Assembly (NCBI GenBank): GCA_964608255.1
Contig: CAZSOD010000005.1
Location: 3,681 to 67,680 of the forward strand
DNA: 64,000 nt
Reading direction: 5' to 3'
Origin: an uncultured Ardenticatenaceae bacterium
GTDB taxonomy: Bacteria > Chloroflexota > Anaerolineae > Promineifilales > Promineifilaceae
In this document: in pieces, positions 1 through 9,516 of the stretch
How the letters are laid out: each line of letters opens with the position of its first letter
Position numbering within the stretch: the first letter of the stretch is position 1
Notes under the pieces: model-generated
The model's input: only the letters and a program-made list of their open reading frames with translations
What the model was told of the DNA's origin: nothing
Database searches by the model: none
Made by a program: the position numbers and the translations under genes

Positions 1-216
1 GAGGAACTATTCGCCACGCTGGAGGTAGTGCATCAAATGGTGCATTGCCCGGCGGCGATCATCGTTCTGGTGCCCTACGCTGACGAGGTCGAGCGCCTTC
101 TCTTGCAGCAGGCGGGAGTCACCAGCTATCTATTGAAGTACATCGACTCCTCGCGGCTCATCCAGGAAATCGAGGCGGTGGCTGGCACGCGCCGGCCAGC
201 CATCCCCGTCAGTTAG
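1..216 (+). CDS. Response-regulator receiver-like domain protein, C-terminal part (5' truncated by window edge)
   Basis: Frame open from base 1; IIVLVPY..DE...QAGVTSYLLKYIDSSRLIQEIEAV resembles the beta4-alpha5 end of REC domains (GAxGYLLK motif). Confidence 0.55.
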   Translation, partial: EELFATLEVVHQMVHCPAAIIVLVPYADEVERLLLQQAGVTSYLLKYIDSSRLIQEIEAVAGTRRPAIPVS

Positions 217-682
217 CTTCCCGGGTGCTCTCGACGCTTGAGGGCCGAATCGCCAGTACCGGAACTGGCGCCGTCTGCAAGACGCGCGTGGCCACGCTCC
301 CAAACAGCCACCGGCTAAGACCGCCGCGGCCGTGTGTACACATGATGACGGTGTCCGCCCCGCTGCCGCGCACGGCGCTGATGATCTCCGCGGCCACATC
401 CTCTGATTCCGCCACCTGATAGTGCGCCTTATAGTTTTGCTGTCGCAGCGACCCCTTCAGATGCTGTAAATACTCTATTGCTTCCTTGTAGAGGTCGTCG
501 CGCAGCTTGATCATAAAGTCGGCCGATTCAGGCGAGAGCGCCCCTTCGCCGGCGCGAGGCGGCAGGATCACCCGCAACAGGGTGATATCGCTATCGAATT
601 GGGCCGCCATTTCCAACGCATAGGGCAGCGCCGCTTCAGAGAACCCGGACCCGTCGAGGGGAACCAGCAAATGTCGAAACAC
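209..682 (-). CDS. Universal stress protein (single USP domain)
   Basis: N-terminal FRHLLVPLDGS and C-terminal IMCTHGRGGLSRWLFGSVATRVL motifs. Confidence 0.93.
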   Translation of the reverse strand: MFRHLLVPLDGSGFSEAALPYALEMAAQFDSDITLLRVILPPRAGEGALSPESADFMIKLRDDLYKEAIEYLQHLKGSLRQQNYKAHYQVAESEDVAAEIISAVRGSGADTVIMCTHGRGGLSRWLFGSVATRVLQTAPVPVLAIRPSSVESTREAN

Positions 683-711
683 GGCAACCTTTTCCTTCCC
701 GGCTAGTTGGT

Positions 712-1173
712 CTACTCGTAATGGGCGTAGGGCTCGCTCGGCTCTTCCTCGTCGCGAGACCAGTCGCGAGCCACCAGGCGGAAGATGTCCGATTCCGTTA
801 TGATGCCGACCAGTTGCCCGGCGGCGTTTAAGACAGGCAGGCCGCCGATCATGTACTTGAGCATGAGTTGCGCCGCCCGACCGATCGTCTCGTCGGGTGA
901 AATTGTGACCGGGTTGGGCGTCATGATCTCGCGGATGGTCAGATGGGAGAGCAGGTAGCTCAACTCCCAGATGTCGAGCCCGGCCGACGAAGAGGCGCGC
1001 GCCCCGCGAACATCGCCATAGGTGACAATGCCGGTCAACTGCCCGTCTTCAACAACGGGCAAACGGCGAATCGCCCGCTCGACCATCAGTTGTCCCGCTT
1101 CGAGTACGCTCGTCCCCGGCCCGGCGGTGATAACCTCTCGCGCCATCCAATCCCTGACGAGTTCCAGCTTCAT
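712..1173 (-). CDS. CBS-pair domain protein (AcuB-like)
   Basis: Two CBS repeats (IRRLPVVEDGQLTGIVT; IGGLPVLNAAGQLVGIITESD); start moved to MKLELVRDW behind a purine-rich GGGAAGGGAAG RBS. Confidence 0.9.
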   Translation of the reverse strand: MKLELVRDWMAREVITAGPGTSVLEAGQLMVERAIRRLPVVEDGQLTGIVTYGDVRGARASSSAGLDIWELSYLLSHLTIREIMTPNPVTISPDETIGRAAQLMLKYMIGGLPVLNAAGQLVGIITESDIFRLVARDWSRDEEEPSEPYAHYE

Positions 1174-1290
1174 TCGCTTCCCTTCCCTGGGCGCAAAAGC
1201 ATAAGAGCGACCTATGACGGGCTGCTTGTTCCCAGCGTATATCACCCGAATGACAGCAGATTCAGCGGGGCTCCGGGCGCCCGAGCGTCC

Positions 1291-1977
1291 CTACTGTTCT
1301 TGGAGCGCCGCAATCGTTTGCGCGAAGGCCGACAGGGGTTGCGCCCCGACCAGCTTCTCATTGTTCAAGAAGAAGGTCGGCGTGCCACTGACCTGCACGT
1401 TACGCGCGGCGTCGCGGTTCTGGTTAACAGTATCAATGTAGCGCGCTGAATCCATGCAGGCATTGAACTGTTCCAGGTCGAGGCCGATAGCCGTTGCCGC
1501 CTGGTCATAGCCTTCGGGCGAAAGACGCGTCTGGGCTGGCTCGATGGCGAACATGGCGTTCGCGAACTCGAAGTAGCGGTCCTGCTCCTTGGCGCACAGA
1601 GCGGCGGCCGCCGCCGGAACAGTTGTCGTGCCCAGCGCGTAGGGCATGGCGATCCAGCGCACCTGACCCGTGTCGACGAACTGCGCTTTTAAATCGTCCG
1701 CGGTGTTATTATGGAAGTCGGTGCAATGGGTGCAGCCGAAGTCCGACACTTCGACCATGGTTACCGGAGCGCTCGCCTCGCCCTGAATCGCGCAGCGGTC
1801 GGGGTTGGCGTTGCAATACTCGGCCAGCGTCTGGACCGTCTGGGATTGGGTAGGCCGCAGAGCCAGAAACAGTAGACCGCCAAAAACCAGCACGCTGATC
1901 GCGATCAGGCCGCCTATGACAAGCCAATTGGTTTCGCGGGTCTGCTGTTTGCGACGCGGGGGGGGTGTCTTGGCCAT
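1291..1977 (-). CDS. Membrane-anchored DsbA/BdbD-family thioredoxin-fold protein
   Basis: N-terminal TM helix, SDFGCTHC active site, VSGTPTFFLN cis-Pro loop. Confidence 0.9.
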   Translation of the reverse strand: MAKTPPPRRKQQTRETNWLVIGGLIAISVLVFGGLLFLALRPTQSQTVQTLAEYCNANPDRCAIQGEASAPVTMVEVSDFGCTHCTDFHNNTADDLKAQFVDTGQVRWIAMPYALGTTTVPAAAAALCAKEQDRYFEFANAMFAIEPAQTRLSPEGYDQAATAIGLDLEQFNACMDSARYIDTVNQNRDAARNVQVSGTPTFFLNNEKLVGAQPLSAFAQTIAALQEQ

Positions 1978-2083
1978 ATGTCTCCTTGATTGATTGCGAA
2001 GATTGTGCGGAGTGTATCCCTGCCGGCAGCAAGTAGCAAGCGGCCGATCGGCCGGAGCGGTGTCTCGCCGCGCGGCGGCAAAT

Positions 2084-2122
2084 CCCGATGAATGTCATCC
2101 CCGAAAGGTGACATTCGCCACC
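2084..2122. promoter_or_regulatory. Tandem TGAC-N4-GTCA-like operator pair upstream of CBS-USP-Lon-USP operon
   Basis: CGAT-GAAT-GTCA (2086-2097) and GGTGAC-ATTC-GCCACC (2107-2122), centres 23 bp apart; TACACT -10-like hexamer at 2145-2150. Confidence 0.5.
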
Positions 2123-2204
2123 GCCGCGAACGGGCCTCATCGTTTACACTAGCCATTGGGGCAAGTCGCCGCTCGACCCCGCAAGACGGCGCAAGGAGTT
2201 AACG

Positions 2205-2636
2205 ATGCTAACTGTGAACGACCTCATGACCATCATTCCCAACACCGTCACGCCACAAACCACGCTGCGGCAGGTGATCGATGTCATGAAGACCCAGGCG
2301 TGCCGGCAGTTGCCGGTGCTGGAGAACGGACGGCTCGTCGGCATCATTACCGATCGCGACGTGCGCCTGGTTATGAACTCGCCGCTGGTGCTCCACGGCC
2401 GCTGGCAGGACGAAGAGATACTCGATCACGTGACGGCCGCGAGTTGTATGACCCCCGATCCGATGACGGTCACGCCGGAGACGCCTGCCTATCAAGCCGC
2501 GAATATGCTCAGCATCTACAAATTCGGCGCTCTGCCGGTCGTGGACAACGGCGCGCTCGTTGGTATCATTACCGTGACGGACTTCCTTAACTACTTTGCC
2601 ATGCAGCACCCGGCCGCGGCCATTCAGAGTGATTGA
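2205..2636 (+). CDS. CBS-pair domain protein
   Basis: AAGGAG RBS; CRQLPVLENGRLVGIITDRD and FGALPVVDNGALVGIIT repeats. Confidence 0.92.
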   Translation: MLTVNDLMTIIPNTVTPQTTLRQVIDVMKTQACRQLPVLENGRLVGIITDRDVRLVMNSPLVLHGRWQDEEILDHVTAASCMTPDPMTVTPETPAYQAANMLSIYKFGALPVVDNGALVGIITVTDFLNYFAMQHPAAAIQSD

Positions 2637-2651
2637 CCCGCGTCCACGGAG

Positions 2652-3593
2652 TTGAATCCCATGACGCCATTTCGCACAATTCTCGTCCCGCTCGACGGCT
2701 CCCCGCTGTCTGAGAAAGCGCTCTCGCCCGCGGCACGTATCGCCGCCAGCATGGCCCAACAGGCAGGAGCCGGCGAAGCAGTCAAGCTGGTGCTGTTGCG
2801 GGTGGTGTCGCCCGTGGCGCTGGTGGCGGCCGACCCGATGCTATACGATGAGTTGACGCGTATGGGCTCGGATGAGGCTCAGGCCTACGTGAACACGGCG
2901 CGTGAATCGGTAGATGCGGGCGGGGCGACGGTCGAATCGAGTGTGATTGTTGGCTCCCCGGCCGACGCCATTGTCCACTATGCCGCGGAGAACGGCGTCG
3001 ATCTCATCCTCATGTCCAGCCACGGGCGCACCGGCAGCAGCCGCTGGGTCTATGGCAGCGTGGCCGAGAAGGTTCTCCACCACGCGCCCTGTGCCACGGT
3101 TATCATCCGCGCCCACGTCGCAGTGGAAATGTTCCAGAACCGCAAGATGCTCGTCCCTCTCGACGGTTCGCCGCTGGCCGAGCGCGCTCTGGAGCCGGCC
3201 CTGGCCATCTCGCGGGCTGTGCAGTCGGATGTGACCCTGCTCCGCGTCGTCAGCGGCCGTGAACCATTGCCGGAGTCGATGACCCCCGCCGGGGCGAAGG
3301 TCGCCGCGGCGCTGGACGAAGCGGCGGCCCGGGACCGGGCGGAAGCGGAGACGTACTTGCAGGGCTTATTTACCGATCGGCCCAACCAGCATCTCTTCTT
3401 CGACGTATTGACGACCGCGGGCGACATCGCCGACGCGATTGTATCGTATGCCGACGCCCATTCCGTCGATCTCATCGTCATGTCCAGTCACGGCCGGTCG
3501 GGTATCGGCCGTTGGCTTCACGGCAGCGTGGCCGAAAAGGTACTGCGTGGCGCGGAGTGCGCCACCATGATCGTTCGCAGCCCGCAATCCTAG
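2652..3593 (+). CDS. Tandem-domain universal stress protein
   Basis: Two LVPLDGS...MSSHGRxG...GSVAEKVL units. Confidence 0.93.
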   Translation: MNPMTPFRTILVPLDGSPLSEKALSPAARIAASMAQQAGAGEAVKLVLLRVVSPVALVAADPMLYDELTRMGSDEAQAYVNTARESVDAGGATVESSVIVGSPADAIVHYAAENGVDLILMSSHGRTGSSRWVYGSVAEKVLHHAPCATVIIRAHVAVEMFQNRKMLVPLDGSPLAERALEPALAISRAVQSDVTLLRVVSGREPLPESMTPAGAKVAAALDEAAARDRAEAETYLQGLFTDRPNQHLFFDVLTTAGDIADAIVSYADAHSVDLIVMSSHGRSGIGRWLHGSVAEKVLRGAECATMIVRSPQS

Positions 3594-3629
3594 GGTTGCG
3601 CGGTTGAACTCGGGGTAGTAGGGTAGCGT

Positions 3630-6110
3630 ATGGATTCCGCGCAGCCTCTTGATGCCGATAGGCTTTACCGCGCCTTTGATGTGGCGGCCCTGCCGTTCGA
3701 GACAACGGCCGAGCTTCAGGATGGTCTGGAGATCATTGGGCAGCAACGGGCGATAGAGGCCATCCAGTTCGGGATTGGCATCGCTCACAAGGGTTACAAT
3801 TTGTTCGCCCTGGGGCCCAATGGGACCGGCCGCCACACGACCATTACGCGCTTCCTGGAGCAACGCGCGCCATCGGAACCGGTTCCCGACGACTGGTGCT
3901 ACGTCTTCAACTTCGAGCAGCCCTACAAGCCGCTGGCCTTGCGCTTGCCACCCGGTAGAGCGGTCGCCTGGCGCGATGACATGAAGAAACTGATCGAGGA
4001 GCTGGCCTCGATGCTGCCGGGCGTGTTTGCCGGCGAGGAATATCAGTTGCAGAAGCGCGCACTGGAGGAAGAGTTGCGCGGCCTACAGGTCGAAGCGCTC
4101 GACAAGTTGCGCGAGGAAGCGCGCCAGCACGACATCGCGCTCATTCAGACGCCCGGCGGCTTTGCTTTTGCGCCGCTGAAGGAGGGCGGCGAGGTCGTTA
4201 CACCCGACGAGTTCATGCAACTGGACGCCGAGGCCCAGAAGCGTATCGAAACGCAGGTCGGTGAATTGCAGGAAGCTTTGCAGCGCATTATGCAGCAAGT
4301 GCCGAAGTTGCAACGCGAAATGCAGAGCCGCCTGCGCGAATTGAACGAACGGGTGGTTAGCTTCAGTATTACGCCGCTGCTGGATGAGTTGCGGCAGAAA
4401 TATGGCGAACTGGAGGGGGTTCGTAGCCACCTGGACGCCGTGCAAAAAGACCTCATCCAGAACTACGAAGCTTTCTTGCAGGATGAGGAATCGACTGGGC
4501 GGCAAATGCTGGGCGCGGCGCTGGGCATTGCTTCGGCCGAACACCGCGCCTCGCCCACGCGCTACGGCGTGAACGTCGTCACCGACAACGGCGGCACGCA
4601 GGGCGCGCCGGTTGTCTTTGTAGACCAACCGCGCTATCAAAATCTGGTCGGCCGCATCGAGCATGTGGCCCAGATGGGCGCGCTGGTGACTGACTTCACG
4701 CTGATCAAGCCCGGCGCCCTTCACCAGGCCAACGGCGGCTATCTGGTCATCGACGCGCTCAAGCTGCTGACCGAACCCTTTGCTTGGGACGGGCTGAAGC
4801 GTGCCTTGCGCGAGTCCCAGATCGACATCGAGTCCCTCGGGCAGGTATATAGTCTGGTCAGCACGGTTTCGCTGGAGCCAGAGCCGATCCCGCTGGCCGT
4901 CAAGGTCGTCCTCATCGGCGAGCGCCTTCTGTACTATTTGCTGAGCGGCAACGATCCCGAATTCAACGAACTGTTCAAGGTCTCGGCCGACTTTGAAGAC
5001 GAGATGGCTCGGGATAAGGACAGCGCCCTGGCCTATGCCCGCGTCATCGCCGAAGTGGCCCGTACCGAGAAGTTGCGCCATCTGGATCGCGGCGCTGTCG
5101 CCCGCGTCATTGAACAGGGATCGCGCCTCGTTGAGGACACGACGAAGCTCTCGACCCACATGCAGAGCATCACCGACCTTCTGAAAGAAGCCGACTACTG
5201 GGCCGGTCAGGCGGGCCGCGACAGGGTGACGCGCGCGGATGTGCAACGCGCTCTCGATATGCAAACGTACCGCGCCTCGCGCGTGCCGGAACAGATGCAG
5301 GAGGCTATCCTGCGCGACCGGGTGCTCATCGATACGACCGGCGAGGTGGTCGGCCAGGTGAACGGCCTGTCAGTCTATATGATGGGCAACCACAGCTTCG
5401 GCCGCCCCAGCCGCATCACGGCGCGCGTGCGCCTGGGTGGCGGCGAAGTCATTGACATCGAACGCCAGGTGGAGATGGCCGGCCCCATTCATTCCAAGGG
5501 TGTGATGATCCTGTCGGGCTTCCTCGGCCAGCGCTACGCCGCCGATCGACCTCTATCACTGTCGGCCACCCTGGTTTTCGAGCAATCTTATGGCGGCGTG
5601 GAAGGCGACAGCGCTTCATCGGCCGAACTCTATGCGCTGTTATCAGCCATTTCCGGCGCGCCTATCAGGCAATCGTTGGCCGTTACCGGCTCGGTGAACC
5701 AGATGGGCCAGGTTCAGGCAATCGGCGGCGCGAACGAGAAAATCGAGGGCTTCTTCGACGTTTGCCAGGCGCGCGGGTTGACCGGTCAGCAGGGCGTTCT
5801 CATCCCAATGGCGAACGTCGACAACCTGATGCTGCGCCAGGATGTGGTCGAAGCGGCGCGCGCCGGACAGTTCCACGTCTACCCGGTGACGACGGTTGAT
5901 GAGGGCATTGCCCTGCTGACGGGTGTTCCGGCCGGTGAGCCCGACGCGGAAGGTAACTATCCGCCGGACACTATTAACGGCCGCGTCGTCGCTCGCCTCA
6001 CCCAGTTGGCCGAGAAGCAACGCGCCTTCCACAACTCGCCTAAGCCGCTGCAGCCGGATGGCCAGGGTGAGGTGGAGGCGAGCGGGAACGGAGGCGACAC
6101 GAGTGAGTGA
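3630..6110 (+). CDS. Lon-family (S16) protease, LonC-like with degenerate ATPase motifs
   Basis: IIGQQRA start, long coiled-coil, IKPGALHQANGGYLVID, catalytic GVEGDSASSAE and GGANEKIEGF; Walker A GPNGTGRH. Confidence 0.9.
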   Translation: MDSAQPLDADRLYRAFDVAALPFETTAELQDGLEIIGQQRAIEAIQFGIGIAHKGYNLFALGPNGTGRHTTITRFLEQRAPSEPVPDDWCYVFNFEQPYKPLALRLPPGRAVAWRDDMKKLIEELASMLPGVFAGEEYQLQKRALEEELRGLQVEALDKLREEARQHDIALIQTPGGFAFAPLKEGGEVVTPDEFMQLDAEAQKRIETQVGELQEALQRIMQQVPKLQREMQSRLRELNERVVSFSITPLLDELRQKYGELEGVRSHLDAVQKDLIQNYEAFLQDEESTGRQMLGAALGIASAEHRASPTRYGVNVVTDNGGTQGAPVVFVDQPRYQNLVGRIEHVAQMGALVTDFTLIKPGALHQANGGYLVIDALKLLTEPFAWDGLKRALRESQIDIESLGQVYSLVSTVSLEPEPIPLAVKVVLIGERLLYYLLSGNDPEFNELFKVSADFEDEMARDKDSALAYARVIAEVARTEKLRHLDRGAVARVIEQGSRLVEDTTKLSTHMQSITDLLKEADYWAGQAGRDRVTRADVQRALDMQTYRASRVPEQMQEAILRDRVLIDTTGEVVGQVNGLSVYMMGNHSFGRPSRITARVRLGGGEVIDIERQVEMAGPIHSKGVMILSGFLGQRYAADRPLSLSATLVFEQSYGGVEGDSASSAELYALLSAISGAPIRQSLAVTGSVNQMGQVQAIGGANEKIEGFFDVCQARGLTGQQGVLIPMANVDNLMLRQDVVEAARAGQFHVYPVTTVDEGIALLTGVPAGEPDAEGNYPPDTINGRVVARLTQLAEKQRAFHNSPKPLQPDGQGEVEASGNGGDTSE

Positions 6111-7014
6111 CGACAGACTCGTGCCGGAGACGAATCGAGAGGTAGAGGCCGCGACCGGCAGCGAAGAGACGCTAAGCGAATCGTGGTCGGTGCGACGCAT
6201 CCTCGTCGCGTTGGACGCTTCAGCGGCCAGTCTGGCGGCGCTGAACGCGGCCGTTAACCTGGCTTCCCGTCTCCATTCTGAAGTTCACGGTCTGTTCGTT
6301 GAAGACATTAACCTGTTCCGGCTGGCCGAGCTGCCCTTTGCCCGTGAGATTCGCTACGGCGAAACTGTCTCGCGCCAGGTTGAGCGAGAAGAGTTGCAGC
6401 GCGGGCTGCGGGCGCGAGCCGCGGTATTGCGGCACGAACTGGCGGCGTTGGCCGAGCAGAACAAGCTGCGCAGCACCTTTCAGGTCGTCCGCGGCGCTGT
6501 CGATAGCGAACTGGTGGCCGCCGCCCGCGACAGCGACCTGCTGGCGTTGGGCCGGCTGGGTCACTCGTTTGTCCGGCGCACCCGCCTGGGCTCGGCGGCG
6601 CGTTCGGTCGTGGCCCGCGCGGCGTCGCCCGTGCTGCTGGTGCGCCCGGATGTGGAGGGTGGCCCTGTCGTCGTACTCTACGACGGCTCGGCCGCCGGAC
6701 GACGGGCGCTGGCGGTGGCCGCGGCTGTTGCCCGGCAGGATGGCGACGCGCCGGAGTTACGCGTCCTTGTCTGGGGGCCAGACGAACAGACCGCCTTCGA
6801 CCGCCGGCAATTGGCCGCGCGGCTGCTGGAACCGGCGGGTCTGCGCGCGCAGTTCCAGCACACGTGCAGCGATAGCGCAACCCGCCTCGTCGAGTGGGTC
6901 AATCGCCAGCACGGGAGTCTCCTCATTCTTTCCGCCCGCGGCGACGAGTTGCCCGCCACAACGATAGAGCGCCTGGTCGACGACGCCGAACAGCACCTCC
7001 TCCTGATCCGGTAG
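6103..7014 (+). CDS. Universal stress protein (two-domain, divergent second domain)
   Basis: RRILVALDAS, DLLALGRLG..LGSAARSVV, VVVLYDGS; GTG start at 6103 overlaps the protease stop. Confidence 0.85.
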   Translation: MSDDRLVPETNREVEAATGSEETLSESWSVRRILVALDASAASLAALNAAVNLASRLHSEVHGLFVEDINLFRLAELPFAREIRYGETVSRQVEREELQRGLRARAAVLRHELAALAEQNKLRSTFQVVRGAVDSELVAAARDSDLLALGRLGHSFVRRTRLGSAARSVVARAASPVLLVRPDVEGGPVVVLYDGSAAGRRALAVAAAVARQDGDAPELRVLVWGPDEQTAFDRRQLAARLLEPAGLRAQFQHTCSDSATRLVEWVNRQHGSLLILSARGDELPATTIERLVDDAEQHLLLIR

Positions 7015-7085
7015 AAACCGAATAGATGTGCTAAAATCGTTGGCGGAGGCCGCGCCAAGCGTTTGAGCGCCGATCTCCGGTAGCT

Positions 7086-8963
7086 ATGACCTACACACCC
7101 AGCGACCGCATCAGCGAACTGCTGAATACCTTGCCGACCAAACCCGGCGTCTATCTGCACAAGGACGCCGATGGCAATGTGCTCTACGTCGGCAAGGCGG
7201 TCAACCTGCGCAACCGGGTGCGTTCCTACTTCCACAGCACCGTTGACTCCATCAAAACGCTCCGCCTGCGCCGACAGATCGCCGACATCGAGGTGATTAT
7301 CACCGACTCGGAGCTGGAGGCGCTGCTGCTGGAGATGACGCTGATCAAGCAGTACCAGCCGCGGTTCAACGTCCGGCTCAAAGATGACAAGCGGTACCCG
7401 TACATCAAGGTCCACTGGAACGATCCGTTCCCTAAGGTGACGGTAACGCGGCGAATGATACGCGACGGGGCCCGCTACTTCGGTCCGTATACGTCGGTCT
7501 GGGCAGTTCAGCAGACGCTTGACCTGCTGCGTAAGGTGTTCCCGTACCTGACCTGCGACCGGATCATCACCGGTCAGGACGAGCGCGCCTGCCTCTACTA
7601 CGACATTAAGCTATGCAACGCTCCCTGCATCGGCGCGGTGAACCAGGAGCAGTATCGGGCGACGATCAGGCAGTTGATGGACTTCCTCGATGGAAAATCG
7701 GATCACATCGTGCGCTCGATTGAGCAGCGGATGGCGGCCGCGGCCGAAAAACTGGATTTTGAAAAGGCGGCCGATTACCGCGACCAGCTAAAGGCGATCG
7801 AGCGCATTACCGCGCGTCAAAAGGTCATCGGCCCGAGTGACACCGACCAGGATGTAATCGCCTTTGCCCGCGACGACGGCGACGCTTGCGTGCAGGTTTT
7901 CTTCGTGCGCCACGGCAAGCTCATCGGCCGCGAGTATTTCATGCTCGACAATACCGAGGGGGAGAGCGACCAGGCGATTTTGCAGGAGTTCCTGACCCAG
8001 TTCTATGAGGACGCCGCCTATGTCCCCAAGGAAGTGCTGCTACCGGCCGAAGTCGAAGAGGCGCGCATTATCGAGGAGTGGCTGCGGCGCAAGCGCAACA
8101 CCAAGGTGAGCATCCAGGTGCCGCGGCGCGGCAAGAAACGGGAGCTGGTAGAGATGGCAACCGAGAATGCCGGCGACACCCTGGCGACGTTGCGGCAGCA
8201 GTGGGCAGCCGATAAGTCGAAACACGTCACGGCCATTACCGAGTTGCAGGAAGCCTTGCGGCTGCCCGCGCCGCCAGCGCGCATAGAATGTTACGACATC
8301 AGCCACACGCAGGGTCAGCAAACGGTCGGCTCCATGGTGGTTTTCGTTCAGGGCGCGCCGCAGAAGAGCGATTACCGCCGGTTCAACGTGCAGACCACCC
8401 ACAACGATGACTATGGTTCGATGCGCGAAGTGCTGACGCGGCGCTTTCAACGCTACCGGGACACGCTGGCCGGCGAACTCCACGACCCGAGCCAGATCAA
8501 ACCGCGCGCGGAGCGGCCGACGGCCTGGGCCATTCTGCCCGACCTGTTGCTCATCGACGGCGGGAAGGGCCAGCTAGCCGTGGGCCAGGACGTGCTGCGC
8601 GAGTTCGGGTTAGAGGGAGAGGTGCCGCTGGCGGCGCTGGCCAAGCAGGAGGAGGAGATCTTCCTGCCCGATCAGTCGCCGTCGGTCCTGTTGCCGCGCC
8701 GCTCGGAAGCTCTCTATCTGGTGCAGCGCGTTCGTGACGAGGCCCATCGCTTTGCCAACGAGGGCCATCGCAAACGGCGCGCCAAGGTGGGCGTGGCCTC
8801 GATCCTCGACAGCGTGCCCGGCGTGGGGCCGAAAAGGCGCCAACTATTGCTAAAGCGCTTCGGTTCTCTGGAGGCGCTACGCGCGGCGTCGGTGGAAGAG
8901 ATCAGCGCCGTGCCTGGCGTGCCGACCGAAGTCGCCATCGCCATCAAGTCGCATCTGGCCTGA
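7086..8963 (+). CDS. uvrC: Excinuclease ABC subunit C
   Basis: GIY-YIG (PGVY..LYVGKAVNLRNRVRSYF), UVR domain, RIECYDISH, DLLLIDGGKGQ, QRVRDEAHRFA, HhH. Confidence 0.97.
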   Translation: MTYTPSDRISELLNTLPTKPGVYLHKDADGNVLYVGKAVNLRNRVRSYFHSTVDSIKTLRLRRQIADIEVIITDSELEALLLEMTLIKQYQPRFNVRLKDDKRYPYIKVHWNDPFPKVTVTRRMIRDGARYFGPYTSVWAVQQTLDLLRKVFPYLTCDRIITGQDERACLYYDIKLCNAPCIGAVNQEQYRATIRQLMDFLDGKSDHIVRSIEQRMAAAAEKLDFEKAADYRDQLKAIERITARQKVIGPSDTDQDVIAFARDDGDACVQVFFVRHGKLIGREYFMLDNTEGESDQAILQEFLTQFYEDAAYVPKEVLLPAEVEEARIIEEWLRRKRNTKVSIQVPRRGKKRELVEMATENAGDTLATLRQQWAADKSKHVTAITELQEALRLPAPPARIECYDISHTQGQQTVGSMVVFVQGAPQKSDYRRFNVQTTHNDDYGSMREVLTRRFQRYRDTLAGELHDPSQIKPRAERPTAWAILPDLLLIDGGKGQLAVGQDVLREFGLEGEVPLAALAKQEEEIFLPDQSPSVLLPRRSEALYLVQRVRDEAHRFANEGHRKRRAKVGVASILDSVPGVGPKRRQLLLKRFGSLEALRAASVEEISAVPGVPTEVAIAIKSHLA

Positions 8964-9507
8964 CCTCGGATTTGCCCAGTAGCTTATCGGCGCAGAGGAG
9001 CAGGGCCAGGGCGGTCGGGCCGTCCGCGATCTCTCCCGCGCGGGCCATCGCCAGGGCCGCGGCAGGCGCAAGCAGGTGGACGTGCATAACCTCGGCCGCC
9101 TCATGAGCCGGCTTGCCCAGGGTTACGCCGGTGGCGACGAAGATGTGGCCGACTTCATTGCAAATGCCGTTGGCCATGTAAAACCGGCCGACGTAGTTCA
9201 GCGCCGCCGCTTCGCCGCCGACTTCCTCAAGCAGTTCCGCGCGCGCCGCCTCCTCCGGAGTTTTGCCCGGTTCTACACTCCCCGCCGGGATCTCCCAACA
9301 CCAGTCATCGACGGTGTAGCGGTACTGGTACACCAGCGCTAGACGCCCGTCAGCCGTCAGCGGCACAACCCAGACCGCATCGGCCTTCTCGATGACGTTG
9401 TACACGCCGGGTCGACCGTTGGGTGTCAGGATGTCGTCCTGCCGAACGCGGTACCAGGGGCACGACCAGACGATGCGGCTGGCCAGGGTTGTGAAGGGGC
9501 GACTCAT
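8944..9507 (-). CDS. NUDIX hydrolase (ADP-ribose pyrophosphatase-like)
   Basis: QYRY..WEIPAGSVEPGKTPEEAARAELLEEVG Nudix box. Confidence 0.9.
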   Translation of the reverse strand: MSRPFTTLASRIVWSCPWYRVRQDDILTPNGRPGVYNVIEKADAVWVVPLTADGRLALVYQYRYTVDDWCWEIPAGSVEPGKTPEEAARAELLEEVGGEAAALNYVGRFYMANGICNEVGHIFVATGVTLGKPAHEAAEVMHVHLLAPAAALAMARAGEIADGPTALALLLCADKLLGKSEVRPDAT

Positions 9508-9516
9508 GCGCAGTCG

